Below are positions 1 through 14,086 of a stretch of DNA of 64,000 bases, piece by piece. The translations under genes and the position numbers were made by a program. Each line of letters starts with the position of its first letter. Position 1 is the stretch's first letter. A model generated the notes under the pieces. It saw only the letters and a program-made list of their open reading frames with translations. It was not told the origin of the DNA and made no database searches. Source of the DNA: Sphaeroforma arctica JP610 (lineage: Eukaryota); the NCBI RefSeq assembly GCF_001186125.1, contig NW_014040556.1, positions 147,787 to 211,786 on the forward strand, written 5' to 3'.

Positions 1-2
1 TA

Positions 3-77
<75 letters not shown>

Positions 78-96
78 TGTGTGTGTGTGTTGTGTA

Positions 97-134
<38 letters not shown>
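1..134. repeat. (TA)n/(TG)n microsatellite, intronic
   Basis: Direct reading of dinucleotide runs. Confidence 0.95.
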
Positions 135-137
<3 letters not shown>

Positions 138-234
138 CCTACTGAAGCGCTAGATTGAGCTACAACCCGATAAAATCGTGTCTCGTAGAAAGTGAACGAC
201 GTAACATAAAAGCATTATGCGCAGGCAGGCTTAC

Positions 235-369
235 TTGCTTGGTGTACTTGTGTAGGCGATCTCTCTGGGTTTTCAGATCGAGTACCGCTCTCTCGTGCTG
301 ACTAATTTGCTTCTTCTTTACAGGAGGTGGTGCTTTAGGAGCCGCCGGCTTGCTTTTAGAGGATCCCAT
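235..369 (-). CDS. VPS20: ESCRT-III subunit Vps20/CHMP6, first exon; gene continues off the window start
   Basis: Myristoylation-type MG start, then ISQHERAVLDLKTQRDRLHKYTKQ, matching the CHMP6 N-terminus. GTAAG donor immediately after position 235 on the minus strand. Confidence 0.85.
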
Positions 370-669
370 GGTGACTGTATTCGTCCGTTCAGTATTGTTC
401 TCTATTTATTGTGTTCAAAAAAAAACGTTGAAATTTTCAGCTTAAAATGCCGACATCCATCCCAGGCCGATCTCGGTTTGATTAACAGTCTCGCGGCCAA
501 TCGGTTTGTAGCTGTAGCTGATTCTCTTGTATCGCGTGTATGTAAATGAACACTAAACATTTAATAAAGTCTAGAAACATATATGTATAGCTAGCTAGTA
601 TAGAGACGTATACATATATGTATATATGTTATATATATATATAATCGTTAATGTGTGCATAAGTCCCCC

Positions 670-3600
670 ATGGGCATGGGGTCGAGGGTGTCGACGTGCA
701 AGTTGCTTGGCCTGATTGCGATATTCGTCGTAAGCTCTTATCACCTGTATATGTCTTTGGGTTCAATCAACTCGTCGTTCAATGCCGATCTATCGGTGGA
801 AGGAGTGGAGAAAGCATTCGATTATGTGTTGGTGCCGGTTAAGAATGACACAGGTGTATTATGTTATGTGAATATACGCTGTGAGTATGAAGTAGGATTA
901 AGGTTCCTTGATAATTCCACTGTTGCCTCGGTGGACTGGTCTGAGCTGGTGTTTAGTACGCTGGTACTCTCCAATTCAACTGCTTTTAATGGGCATTTTC
1001 AATATATAGCGGACAGCAATGGTGTTGGGAACTATAAAATAGAGTTTACACCTAGAACGTATGGGATGCATGATATCATGCCGCGACTTCTCTACAGTAA
1101 CAGAACAGCAGCACTGAATCCTAGTGACCTTAGACAGACCAGTGCACATGGCGGCGATGCAAATTCGAAGTATTTGGGGTTGTTACCGAGTAATAAAATA
1201 CTGGAGGTGATGGTCTTAGCAGCAAATGTAAGCCACCAGGAGAATGTACTGACAACTGAATGTCTGAGAAACAACACGGATGACACAACAGGGCACTGGG
1301 TTATCCAACCGAACGGCGGCAGTCAGTGCGTCGGTCGCACTGTGTTTTCATACGATAAGCAGGTATGGTGTGATCCTGGAATCCTTCAATACCAGTTTAT
1401 ATCATAGATATTGAAGCGTTTAACGTTGATCAGTGTATCTGTGTGTATGAATGCTAAGATCTCCCATGTGTATGTATTGTATACTGCCTAGATATTTTCA
1501 GGTGCGATGTTTTTATCTACGATACCAGTTTATATGTTTACCGAAGAGGATAGTCTTGTTTGTGTATGATGAATCAATAAGACTCTATCTATTTGATTGA
1601 GCTGTATTTTATCTAAAATCGCCTTGCAGGTGATGCTGTTTGTTTGTCTCCTTGATTACAGTGTACATGCATACCGGAGAGGCTATTCTTCATCTGTGTG
1701 TGTTTCCAATTAATAAGATTTATCTCATCTGAATGTACTTGATACTTTCTGTTTTTATATGCTATTCGGGTGTTATGTTTGAATCTTTGATACCAGTTTA
1801 TAAAGCCATCGAATTGGATCACTTTGATCTGTGTGTTAGTTGCTAATATTAATTTACATCCGATAACACTGTATATTTTACGTATATTTATCTGCGTTCC
1901 AGTTTAATATGAAGGAGTGTGAGACCTACGACCGGCCATGCAGGCCTCTTTGGCACAATGCAGAGTGTGACTATCCAACTCTGAGCTCAAGTCTGGTCAC
2001 AGCCTGCTTATCCAGGTGGAATATACATATGGTAAGCATGTTTCGTCTCGTTTGTGCGCATTGCCATCCCTTTCGGTCATTGATTTCTGCTCGTGTCTCC
2101 AGTTGGTAGTGGTACTGGCAATACTGTCATTTATTCAACACAATTAAATCACACCCCTTGCTGTATCAGTTCGGAGATTCCGTGACACGCCAGATGGTAT
2201 CGTCATTGGGTCACGCATTCCCATCGACGGTACGCTCCCTCCAGGCCAATGAGACGTCACTCTACCCATGGGAGGGTTACAGGTATGGCTTCAGTTTACT
2301 TCGCTATGGGTTCGTCATTTTCTGGTCGCTTTATCGGTCCTTATTCGCGAGAAGCAGGTCCGTGTGTTTATTATTTGTCCTTTACCTACCGATTCCCCTG
2401 TCTAGTAACCCACGCAAGATGGAGTTTCCAAAACTGTTCAATGAAACATCAAGGACGGCGCTTCTGGCTCTGATAGGCGACGTAAGTTTTGTGCTTTCAG
2501 TCGGCCAAAATATTCCTTGGCTCAAATGAATTACAAACAAATCCTCTGCGCTTGTGTACCCTTTATTGCGGTGCCTCAACATATATCTGTGTGCGAGGAG
2601 ACAACGTAAACTATTTGGAATAGCAATCGAACCTGTGTGACATTTACATGTGTCTATATATCACTCATTCTGACTTGCTAATCAAGTTTATCTAAGCACC
2701 TGAATATAGCTTTGGAAAATGTTGTCCGTTTGTATACTACGATATATGAAGAATAGCTCGTCGAGTGCCTTGTCTTTACATTTGAAGCTTAGGCGTGATA
2801 TTGAATTCTGCTGGGTGTGTCACTCACTTACTGTTTTTGGTGGTTAATGTACAATTCATAGATTGGGTTTTGAAAGATTTTGACGGCGTGAGCGTAGGTG
2901 CACCAATTTTACTACCTGCACGTTCAGACTTAAGTATCGATGTTTATGTCTATGTCTCAACAACACAAGCGTTTAAACTCAAGTCTCGTTTCTTCAAATA
3001 GTGTCTTCGCACACTCATGGTACTGATGAAAGAACATTTCACTTGCTCTCATTGTGGACTATCAATTTGGAATATTCTAAGGTTGGAGTTTCTCCACAGC
3101 TGTATTTGGTTCTGCACTGAGGCAATACAACCCCTCCATCTATGTACATATGTACTAGCACTTTTTTGAGCAGTCGTCGGTACCCAAAACCATGGCATTT
3201 AGTTGTTTCTAACAGGCGATTCGAGTATACAGACACCGCCATGTACCAATCGACCTTTTTTTTTTAAAAATGAGTGAATACATTTGTTTACAGAAACGCT
3301 GGCGGACAGACCGAGACGTTGTAGTCTTCAATGCCGGATTACATGATGTTGCCTTTTCAACTGCAGAGGAGTACGCTAGTTATCTGCCGGTTGTGCTCGA
3401 GGCTATGATTGCGGTGTGTTGCTACAACTAGTGCGGCTACCTTGCGCGTCGGCTGCAAATATAACTCTTTGTACTGTGCTAGAGGAAACATCTGTTGCCG
3501 CTGACTTGAAGTGTTGTAGTCAGCAAATTCAATCTGTGTCTGTTCACTAACTACACCTCACCTCCGCCGCAGGCCAACTTTAAGCATCTGATCTTCAGAA

Positions 3601-4165
3601 TGACAACCTCGATACACCCGCACATGATACCAGGCGGTCCAATAGATAAGCACTGGAAGTTCACTACTGTTCGTGTGGAAGAGTTCAACAACATTGCTAT
3701 CAAGGTGAGCCATTGCCATTGGGAAGAGACATCCTTCACTCTGCAATCGATTGTGTTTTATTATTGAAATGTCATTCGTTTGTTCGGAAATCAGCTTTCT
3801 GTTGTTGATCAGATCTTCTCAAGCGCAATCATTCGTATCTCCTTCATGTTTTAGGCCATCAAGACCCTGAACAAACTCAACTATGGAAGTACGAAGGTAT
3901 GGAGCATTCAAGATCACCAGCTGTTTGCTTTGGCTCGAACCTGCCGTCATGTCACGTGCTCGGAACTTAACTTTGTCGAAACACTTGTTTTTCTCATGCA
4001 TTTTCATTTTGTTCATTGCTACAGACACGGATAGCTATCATTAACGCCGATAAAATGACAGCAAGCAGATCTGATGGCGTCTTATTCCAAGACATGCGCC
4101 ATTTCTGTCCTATACTCATGCTTGAGATGTGGTCTGTTCTTTTCCATAAAATATGTGACACGTAG
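670..4165 (+). CDS. NXPE/PC-esterase-like SGNH hydrolase, type II membrane protein (multi-exon)
   Basis: N-terminal TM helix and an Ig/filamin-like segment (DSNGVGNYKIEFTP). Spliced exons give FGDSVTRQ (~2170), DVVVFNAGLHD (~3325) and C-terminal DMRH (DxxH). TAG stop at 4163-4165. Confidence 0.75.
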
Positions 4166-6021
4166 CATTGCCTCCACAACATGCAATGATACAAATTATT
4201 CCGTTGAGTTGGTTTGAAATTCCCAGCAATAATCGATGATGGTCCTAATGACATATCTCAATACCTTGTTGTTTAGTACCCTATTATGTGTGGTAATGTA
4301 CATGACGTCGGCCAAAACCTTTGAACACAGTTCTCTGGGAGTGAATACCATTACATGTCCGTTGTTGCCATTCCCAGCGCCTGCAATCACCCTGAGTGAC
4401 TAGTGACAATTGTATTTAGAGCTTATCGACGAATGTCGTTTGATGATTGTCTCATTCCAGATGTACGGTATGTTGTCACTAGCACTTAGACATTTGAGTA
4501 TCACTACTGCTGGCCATCTGGTACAGCACAGCCCTTTAAGGAAGTGCAGCTGCCTGTGTAAGGAGAGGATAAATACAGACTGTCATATTTGAAAAATAGA
4601 TGCCACTAGAGTTCTGAATGAGTGGCATAGGTTTTTTTTCTAATTGAGTACCTCTCTAGAGACGGCACTCGAGTTTGTTAATTGACTATTGTATTAGAGG
4701 TAGTCAGACCCCCCACTCTTATCGAGCACTTTCACGTTCATCGGCTTTGGCGCTCAATGACTTAATATGACCTCTTATTCAAATTAACTCAGTTTCTGTG
4801 CGGAATTCATATTTCACACCATTAACGGATGCTGGTATTTTGCGATTACCATAGTATCTTAACTCGTACATATACAAAAAGAAACGCATCGCAGCACGTC
4901 CACTTCGATTAGCATTTTAGGCAGCCCATATGTCAACGGGTATTGCAGCTCCTCGACGTTAGTCTGATCTTGTATAGTTTCCTGCTGAGGCAGCTTACCT
5001 GCCGTGTTTAATATACAGCCTGCGGACACTGCGGGTTTTGATATCTTAGTTCTACGGGGGAGCTTCTTGGACCTCGAGGCTTCAGGATACCGAGTTTCAG
5101 ATGCCTTAACCAGCCACAATCATATACAAAGACATGAATCGCATCAGTACAAATCAACATACTAAACTTTCATAATACTGAGCTTATTGGACATGTGTGC
5201 CAAAGTTTCAGGCTCAATCGACCTTGTCGCTACCTTCGGTGACTAATTCGCTACTCTTCTGTGGCTAAGCTGTTTCTTGTAACACAAATCCTTCGAACCG
5301 ATTAGCTGTACCTTTGCCTTATGACTTGAGCTTACACTATTCGTATGGTTTTCAAAACTAAGAAGTCTTCACCACAAGAAAAACTAATTTGTGAAAATGA
5401 TCAATCCCTCGCCGACAAGAACACTATCATACTTTTCAAACGGAGCCTTAGCAGACGGTCTGCAGAATCCGTGTGTTGTGTCTTACGTCTTAACAACACA
5501 ACACGCGCGAGAGGGAGAGAGGAGTTCAGACTGTGTAGATGCTTTGAGATTGTTTTAATGATAGTCAACATGCCTACTCTAGTAGAGAGAGCGTTTGATG
5601 TGATTGGGCCTTGGTTTGGTTTTGGTTTTTGAAGTCCAAACTCCAAAGTCCAAACCCTAAATATCTATGTATCAAAGATAAAAGATTATAAGAGCCAGTC
5701 CAACCCTAAACCCAAATGCCCCAATTTAAGCCGTGAAGTCGTGAACACTACAATATAATCAGATACTTCAAGACGTGTGCATTATATAAATCACATAGTT
5801 TATGTACTGATCAGCGGCAACTCAACTTCACCTCTGCCATCACTGCTATCGTCGCCAATTCACATTTATACATACACATATATACAAATAATAGAAACAT
5901 TTATACATTTTCATATATACAAATAATAGACGTGTTTGTGGAGTGAATATTCCACGTTATACAGACAAACAAATGAATAGATGCATGAGTAGAGGGCATC
6001 AGTGAGGTAGTGAGGTATAAA

Positions 6022-9000
6022 ATGTCAGCACCAAACCGGAATAGGGCGCCTTCTGTGTTGGCTCTCACTCTCTACGAAGGAGAAGAATGGGTTAACGAAC
6101 CGGATGATGGACTGTTTAATGTTAATCAGTTGCGGTCGCTGAGGAAACCGTCAATAGCCTTTCAAACACAGGGAGTGGACGAGTCCAGTGTTTACGACTA
6201 CAATGAGACGGCGGTACGGTCCAAATACACAGCAATTATCTGTAATCGTATAATTATTCTGCAAGCACTCTTGCGTAATCATGTCTATCAAATTCTAGAG
6301 CATCAGCCTAATTTGAGTATGACTCAGTGAACCACTATGCTTAATATTTGTTGATATATGAGTTGTATTCGATCGCTGCGACCGCTGAAGGTGCATTCAG
6401 AACACAGGGAGTGGACGATTCGAGCATGTACGACTACTATATCGCGGCGATAGCGTCCATAGGTATAAAATTCGACACCAGTCTAGTTTCCAAAATGCTC
6501 AGTGAGCTCCTATGTGTTACAATTGCTGGCATATGGGTTGTATTGGTGAGCACTGGCGACTGTCGGTGAAGAAGCCGTCTCCGGCATTTCAAACACAAGG
6601 AGTGGACGATTCTAATGTGTTCGCCTACAATAAGATGGCAATAAGAACGGACACACCGCATCCCTTTGCAATCGTATAGCTATCTTTCTTGATTTCTATT
6701 TCTCTCCAATTGCTAGAGTACCAGCGGAGTGTTCATATTTTGCAAGCAACTGTTTATGTATGAGGCGTTCGCATTGTTTGACTCAGTTACTCATGCAATT
6801 CTAACATGCTTTGCGGCATTTGCCGAACTGTACATTGGGGCCGGGTGCGTCATCGGAGGTTAGGATGCATGCTGTCACTTCAGGCAGCTTATACATAGCC
6901 TTCTCAAATATACAGTAATTGAGTAAATATGAGTAATTGAGAAGGCTATGGTTTATATATTTATACAAGATAGCATGCGACAATACCTGCATTCAGACTA
7001 AGGAAAAATTACGTCTCCATGTTCTGAAGAATAGGTTATGAACTACAGCTCCAGTACTTCACACAAACATAGCTCACACCTCGTGTGGCTTCAAATTGAC
7101 AGAATCTGGGACGGTTTCGGCCAAGAAATTCCGTTGCGATACGGCGCCTGACTGCAGCCGATGCGATGGAAACAAGTGGAACAAGAAAGCGTGCAAGATC
7201 AAAAGTTTGGGCGTCTTCTACTGTGGTGTGAGTAGCGTTTTCTTTGACTTCCAGCATGCATGTCTCGTTCTGTACTGATCCTATAATACAATTCCAAATA
7301 AGCTCTTGCTTTATAGATGCGAAGATACCTGCATTGTACTCATTCCTTCTCTTTGGTTGTGGACCGCCAGTGCACAGTCTGCAGATGAGAGAGCCGAGAA
7401 ACGTCCACTCTTGAATGACCACAAAAAGTAAGTCACGAGTCCATCTCTAGAAGTGCAAGTGAAAAGTAAGTCACCAGTCCATTTGCTTTTGATGTCTGAT
7501 TGGACTGACGCCAAACACTCATTTGAGAGCATGGCGTATGAGAAGTCATCTTAACATCCTCAAGAGCAGAATTGAATAGCATCGGTCACATCCATTTCAA
7601 TTCTCAGGTCAAAGCACTATCAGAAGCAAACGGGTTGGAGGCGGATAGTACACCGGATTGCGAATGTGGAGCTTTCATCCACAGTTCTTCTTGTGTGCTG
7701 CGCGGTTTTATCTTGCTTTGCGGAACAAGGTACCTATAGTATTTCACCCTGTGGATGATAAGTGAAGTTTTTGTCTGTAACAATTCTAGTAGCCTTGACA
7801 ATCCCTCAATAAAATTGATGCTATCTACGACATACTCAAACTGACTTAAATTTTCACCACCAGTACATCAATGGACACTAAAACATTTGCGGTCAATTGG
7901 AGACTATATAATGGGCGACACAGAGAAAGATTCTTACCAAGCAGTATGTTGGGTTCTATCTACTGACTTAGATACGAGTATTTCTATATGATGCTTTTCG
8001 TCTTTGGTCGAGTTTATATGCGTAGAGTAAGTACGTGCCTGCGTTTGTACGCACTGTCAGCCACAACACATCTAATGTAATGTTCCGAACTAACGTTCTT
8101 CAGGGCATACTGTGGGTTTCATGGTCCTTTTTTCTGCTAGTGATCGCAATTCAACTGACGAAGATCAGCCCGATTTGTGCTGGTTCTGGTATTCCGGTAT
8201 GTACTGGTTGGCAAGACATAGAAGCTCAATCCCTTGGTTTCACTGATTACTATATAAGACCCCTATTGGCGTGCGTTATTCTGGTAGAAATAATGTGCAC
8301 ACGGAGTTGCCGAGCCCTTATATGAGCTCGGAACCGTGGTGACAATCTAAATCCAATTGTTTTTATTTGATTCAGGAATTGAAAGTGTACCTATCAGGCG
8401 TCCATCTGGCTGGTTTCTTCCACTGGAAAACACTGTTTGCAAAGGTATATATTCTTGATACGCGTGATTAGGCTTGATAGTGTTGGCCTGAAGTTCTCCA
8501 TACTCATATGCAAGTACAAGCGATTGATCGATTGGCACCGGCTCCAATTGAAAACACTAATACTTTGCTTACGACCGTATCTTAGATTGTGGGCTTAACA
8601 GTACTGCTAGCAAGTGGTTTGAAAGTGGGTAAAGCTGGGCCTTGGACGCACATCAACACAGCAATAAGTAAGTAAAATCACATATGTTCGAATATTACTG
8701 TCACCCCGGGCTTCTCAGCTCTGCTGCTCAACAGCCCCAGAAATAACCACAGAAAAAATCACAGAAATAAGACTTTAGTACAGACTTTTCAATTGGATTG
8801 ACCGCAAGCTGCCCTCTGTTGGCAAATGCGAAATATGTTCAATGTGGAGTGCAGTGTGTTGTATTGGTTTATTGTGAACATGGTGTGCCGCGAATGTCAG
8901 CTGGCTTTTCGATATTGCTCGATAGCTGTTCTACTTGAAATTTGAAATGAGATTATCTTTTGGCCCGTTTTAGCTTGACATCGATGGCAAACTTCACTTC

Positions 9001-12000
9001 TGTATATCCGAAGGTGATTGTTTTAGGTTCGATTCCACTTGTGTGGCTAGTACTGAGTGTTTACATCATGTCGCTCATGTGACTAAACTGGGTCCTATCT
9101 TCATATTAATACCACTATTTTCAGCCGCTCAGCTCACGCGGTTGCCAGTGTTCAGTCATTTAGTAGAGAATGAGCGAGTCATCAATCAGATCTTATCAGG
9201 TGCCTGCGCGAATGGTATAGCCTCCTGCTTCACTGCTCCGATAGGCGGTGTGCTGTTCTCAATTGAAGTCACCACGGAATACTATATGCTGTCCACGTAC
9301 TGGAAGGTTGGTTAGTATGATCAAGTGCAATATCTATATTATTTATAATACTCAGTGTATACACCTCGGCCGAGCAATATGTACTTGTGTACTTCACAAG
9401 AGCTCTCAGTAACTTTTCTCTCTACTGTACCGTCGCAGGCATTCGTCACGGCAATCTGCGGCGCTGTATGTGCCCATTTCTTCAGGCCGAACCCCTTCAT
9501 ACAGCCTCTGGATCAGACGGATCGCGTGGTCTTCCGGGTATGCTCAACCCAATATAACCTCTTGTTGATACTACCCTTCCCTTCCTTCCTTACTCTGTTT
9601 TCGAGATGATGTTGAGCAGGCCTTGTATTGTATATACTTATCCAACTTCCAACTAGCTTCGGAGGCCTGCTACACTTGACAGAATGAGCGCTTCAGGTGT
9701 TCTGTCTGTTTGTTTTCCTTGTTTCCATGAGGTGCACTTGCATCTGACTTCACACTTGCTATTGTTAAATCGACCACTACCGATCACTACCTATGTAAGG
9801 ATGTTGTACTTTTTATTTTCGCTCAATTTCGGAAACTTCTTGCCACTTTAGAACCTAGAATTGGTCGTCTTCTTTGTCATGGGGATCGTTGGTGGTCTTC
9901 TCGGGGGTCTATTCGTCCGTGTGTATGAAAGGATGATGGAATGGAGGAGGAAAGAATTCTTTGGTATGCATTCTGGTTCCAAATTATTCATCTCACTTTA
10001 TGCTCAAGATCCCTTAGTTAAGCTGGTGATCAACCAACCCCTTGTTTTCTTTATATCAACAATGCAATTAGGTATGAGTACATACCATGTCTTTCCATAC
10101 TTCTTCGGGCTGATATCTCTGCCGCTGTGCTTCTGGCTGGGCGAATACATGCGCCTGCCGCTAGCGGAAGCGATTTCGGACCTAACCGTGAGTACCGATC
10201 TGGATGTGAAGCATGGATGGATGAATACAGGGTATTGTGCAAAATAGTGTATCTCCCAGTATGAGTTCGACATTGACACTCGTGGTGTCAGTATAACTAG
10301 CTTTCTTGCCAGGTGCAACCCGGATTGGGACACTAAACGTTCGTAGCGTATTGAGCCGTAAGCGGGTATACACATCTATTCTACCTTGCACGGCAGTGTC
10401 TCTCGCTGAATCGAAAATGAACTCTTCTGTCATGCTAATTGAATGGCCTGTATTCTCCTTCTACTCAGGTCCATCTATGGGAATCTGGTGTTGTATATAT
10501 GTGTCAATCTGATGCTGGTTGTGGTAACTATAACACTCCCTATTCCCGCTGGAGTATTCATGCCTCTGATCGCGATCGGAACGGGGATGGGACGCGTCTT
10601 TGGGGAAATCATGCATGATATGGTAAGTCTTCATGAAGTCTACTACATAAATCATGCATGATATGGTATGTCTTCGTGAACTTTACTACATAAATCACGC
10701 ATGCATGATATGGTATGTCTTCGTGAAGTTCGCTACATATACCATGCATGACATGGTAAGTCTTCGTGAAGTTCGCTGCATAAATCATGCATGATATGGT
10801 ATGTCTTCGTGAAGTTCGCTACATATATCATGCATGATATGGTATGTCTTCGTGAAGCTCGCTACATACATCATGCATGATATGGTAAGTCTTCGTGAAG
10901 TTCGCTACATAAATCATGCATGATATGGTATGCCTTTGTGAAGTTCGCTACATAAATCATGCATGATATGGTAAGTCTTCGTGAAGTTCGCTGCATAAAT
11001 CATGCATGATATGGTATGTCTTCGTGAAGTTCGCTACATATATCATGCATGATATGGTATGTCTTCGTGAAGCTCGCTACATAAATCATGCATGATATGG
11101 TAAGTCTTCGTGAAGTTCGCTACATATATCATGCATGATATGGTATGCCTTTGTGAAGTTCGCTACATAAATCATGCATGATATGGTAAGTCTTCGTGAA
11201 GTTCGCTACATAAATCATGCATGATATGGTATGTCTTCGTGAAGTTCGCTACATATTGTTACCACTTCCATCGGCATGCAATGCAGATTTTGGGTTGTGC
11301 TGTCAGTCCTGCAGGCATCGCAAAATCAACGGAATACTATTCGCAGCAAATGATTCCACGGGCTTGTGGATAGCAGTACACTTGTAGACGCATAGCGCGA
11401 GGGCTTTGTTCTTCGATGTAGCTAACGACTAAATTAAACCCCGTATCCTGCATATCATAGTATCCCAATAGTGGCATAGCGCGTGGAGGTTACGCCCTTG
11501 TCGGGGGTGCATGTTTAGCTGGAGGGGCCACCCGATCGCTCAGCTCTGCAATCATCGTGCTGGAAGTCGTCAATGGTATCGAGGTACCGTTTGTTTGTTA
11601 GCTCGTACAGGTGTGTAGAGTACCCTTGTATATCGTAGCACTGCCATTCGAACTGGTGTCCTGGGCAACAGCTGACAATTGGCATGGTTTCCCCGCACAA
11701 GTATCGAAATTCGACACTCTGTTTGGTATGTGACAGCTCGTTTATCGGAGCCTCGCGCTGATAAGGATTGGGTAGGGACAGGTTGCTGAAGCTGACACAT
11801 CCAAAGTTCGTCGTACAGCTAACGCTGATCATTGTAATTCCCTCTCCCAGTTTATGCTGCCCGCGCTTTTTGGTATCATGATTAGCATCACGGTCGGCCA
11901 GAGGTATGTAGAGTCGTACAGCTGTCAATGTTGTTGGTGATTGCATGACTAGATCATGGCATACGGCAGATCACGTGTGTGGGGAGTCTATCGCAGCTGT

Positions 12001-13841
12001 CCGTGTATGCGAGTGTGGTGTTTTATACTTATACCGTCACGCCATATTAATTGTACAATCGGTCCTTGTTTCGTATGAGGTGTCGCACTTGCCTTTCGAT
12101 AGCCGATTCCCTCTGCTCTTCCTTGGGCGATCCATCTCAAATCGATATCGCTAACCAGAATTTACGTATCTCAGGCTCTCGAGATCCATATACGACAGCA
12201 TTCTGTACGCTAAGGGGCTACCTTATCTTCCCAGGAAAAGCCGCCTGAAGCAATTCAGCGGGAAAAAGTATGTTTATTGCACTCATATTTAGCGTTTAGC
12301 AAAGCGCAAGTTGAGTCGGAAAGTTGCAACGAACTTCTGCGGAATATCAATCGCTACTTCGTAGAGCGGTAATTAATCTGCACTTTCTCATGTATTGGAC
12401 AACAGGGTTGCCTCCGACTTAATGCGCATCGCTCCGACTTATGTCACACAACTGATGGATTACGCTGACCTTGGTCGTATGCTCTGTGATCCTCAACAGG
12501 TTCGACTTAGCTACGCTATTGTGGAAACCAAGACGAATCTCTATCTCTTAGGGGCTGTGTAAGTGTTGCTATTCGGAATAGATTCATATCATGCTATAGC
12601 GCACTCGCCAGCGCTCTGATTATCTTGGTATAGTTTACGCATGCGACCTCTATATACACTTTTGCCTTACTTGCCAGGCCCATCAAGAATGACCTCAGAG
12701 CGGGCGTTAATGCCTTCGTCTCTAAATGAATTGGGTTAATATCATTTTTGTTTGGCTTTCTCTCGTTGTTGCGACCCTCGCCCCNNNNNNNNNNNNNNNN
12801 NNNNTCTTCTCTCGTTGTGCCCCCCCCCCCCCCCCCCCCCCCAACCCTACCATAGTCGCTGACACGCTTCCTTGTTGTGAACTCTATTGTACAGGTCACG
12901 CACCAGCCTTGAGATGGCCCTCTATAACCACTACATCAGGATACTGAGGCTGGTAGGAGGTACTGTGCCGGTTCGTTTGCGACATTTCAAGCCACCGACA
13001 ATTTGGGTGTTCTATACGACTACCAGATTTCACCAGCACTTTTAAGCGTGCATGACGAACGCGAATACCTGCTTATAGTATAGTCTTCGAACCTATCTGA
13101 GTGTGTACATGCATGCAGACGTAAGCTGTCACTGATTCATTCTCTGATTGGTGTTTTTGTTCGCCCTAGATTTCGGGGGAGGTGGTTCTTCAGCGGCCAG
13201 CAGACATCCGGGTAATGGTTGGCACAGCAGCAAAATAGTTGTATGTGGTCGCTGTTCGAGATTCGTGCCTTCAGTAGTTCGGACTTTTGTCGTCTTTCTT
13301 TGGATATCGTTGGATTGTTAGACTACACTTGCAATTTGACAGATAGTTCTTTGCATATCTACATATTAATGCGATACAGGAGCACGTGGCGAATGGAGAC
13401 TGGGAAATCGTAGAGGATGAAGATGATGTGCCTATCCAGTTTATGTCGTACTTGAGTGACTCAGATCTTGAAAAGATGGAAACTCAGTGTATCAATATTC
13501 TTGAACATCCTACTCCAGTCATAGATCCGTCACCATTTCAGGTATCGCAGAAGTCAATATTTAAGTGTTTGTGATCACTGAAATTCTATCGTAGCTAAAA
13601 GGCTGCAATTTTATTTACATGCGGCTCAAAAATAGATCATATAGATGTAGTTTGCGTATCCGAAGTATACTCATCGCGCATCCTAACAACCGGCTCTTTG
13701 CAGGTCGTCATGGAAACGCCTTTTACCGAGGTACACTTCATGTTCACAATGCTGCGGTGCGATCGCTTGTACGTTACAAGCAAAGGCCAGCTGAAAGGAG
13801 TGATTGAATTGGCTGATTTATTGCAGTCAATAGACGATTAA
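6022..13841 (+). CDS. CLC chloride channel (ClC-1/2/K-like channel type) with CBS domains, multi-exon; 5' exons uncertain
   Basis: Exons encode GSGIP/ELK (8179-8385), GKAGP (8628-8642), APIGGVLFSIEVT, PAGVFMP, SIYDSILYAKGLPYLP, and a CBS2 segment (IDPSPFQ...VHFMFTMLRCDRLYVTSKGQLKGVI). TAA stop at 13839-13841. Confidence 0.9.
10606..11256 (+). repeat. 43-bp tandem repeat, about 15 copies, spanning a CLC exon end and its 5' splice site
   Basis: Unit AAATCATGCATGATATG|GTAWGTCTTCGTGAAGTTCGCTACAT. Confidence 0.95.
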
Positions 13842-14086
13842 ATTCGGATATTAGTTTATAGGTGGGCGACACCGTTGTATTCTAGTTTGTCCAGAGCTCT
13901 CTGTGGAGCTTCTGCTGAGCCGAATAAGAGGTCTCAGTATTGTCATATTATAGGATAGGCAGTTCTATAACGACCAACAATACCATTCATGGACCAATAT
14001 ATATCAGGCCCTTTAACTTTTTATCTCTGTGAAGAAGCAGTACGTAGCTCGGAATTGGACCGTCGGAAGATAATTTATCCTATACT

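Noticed and set aside
5610..5715. AAACCCTAA-like words upstream of the CLC gene as interstitial telomere
   Set aside because: Only isolated single units, too short to call.
10606..11256. 43-bp repeat array as a CRISPR
   Set aside because: Units are head-to-tail with no unique spacers, lie in a spliceosomal intron, and no cas genes are present.
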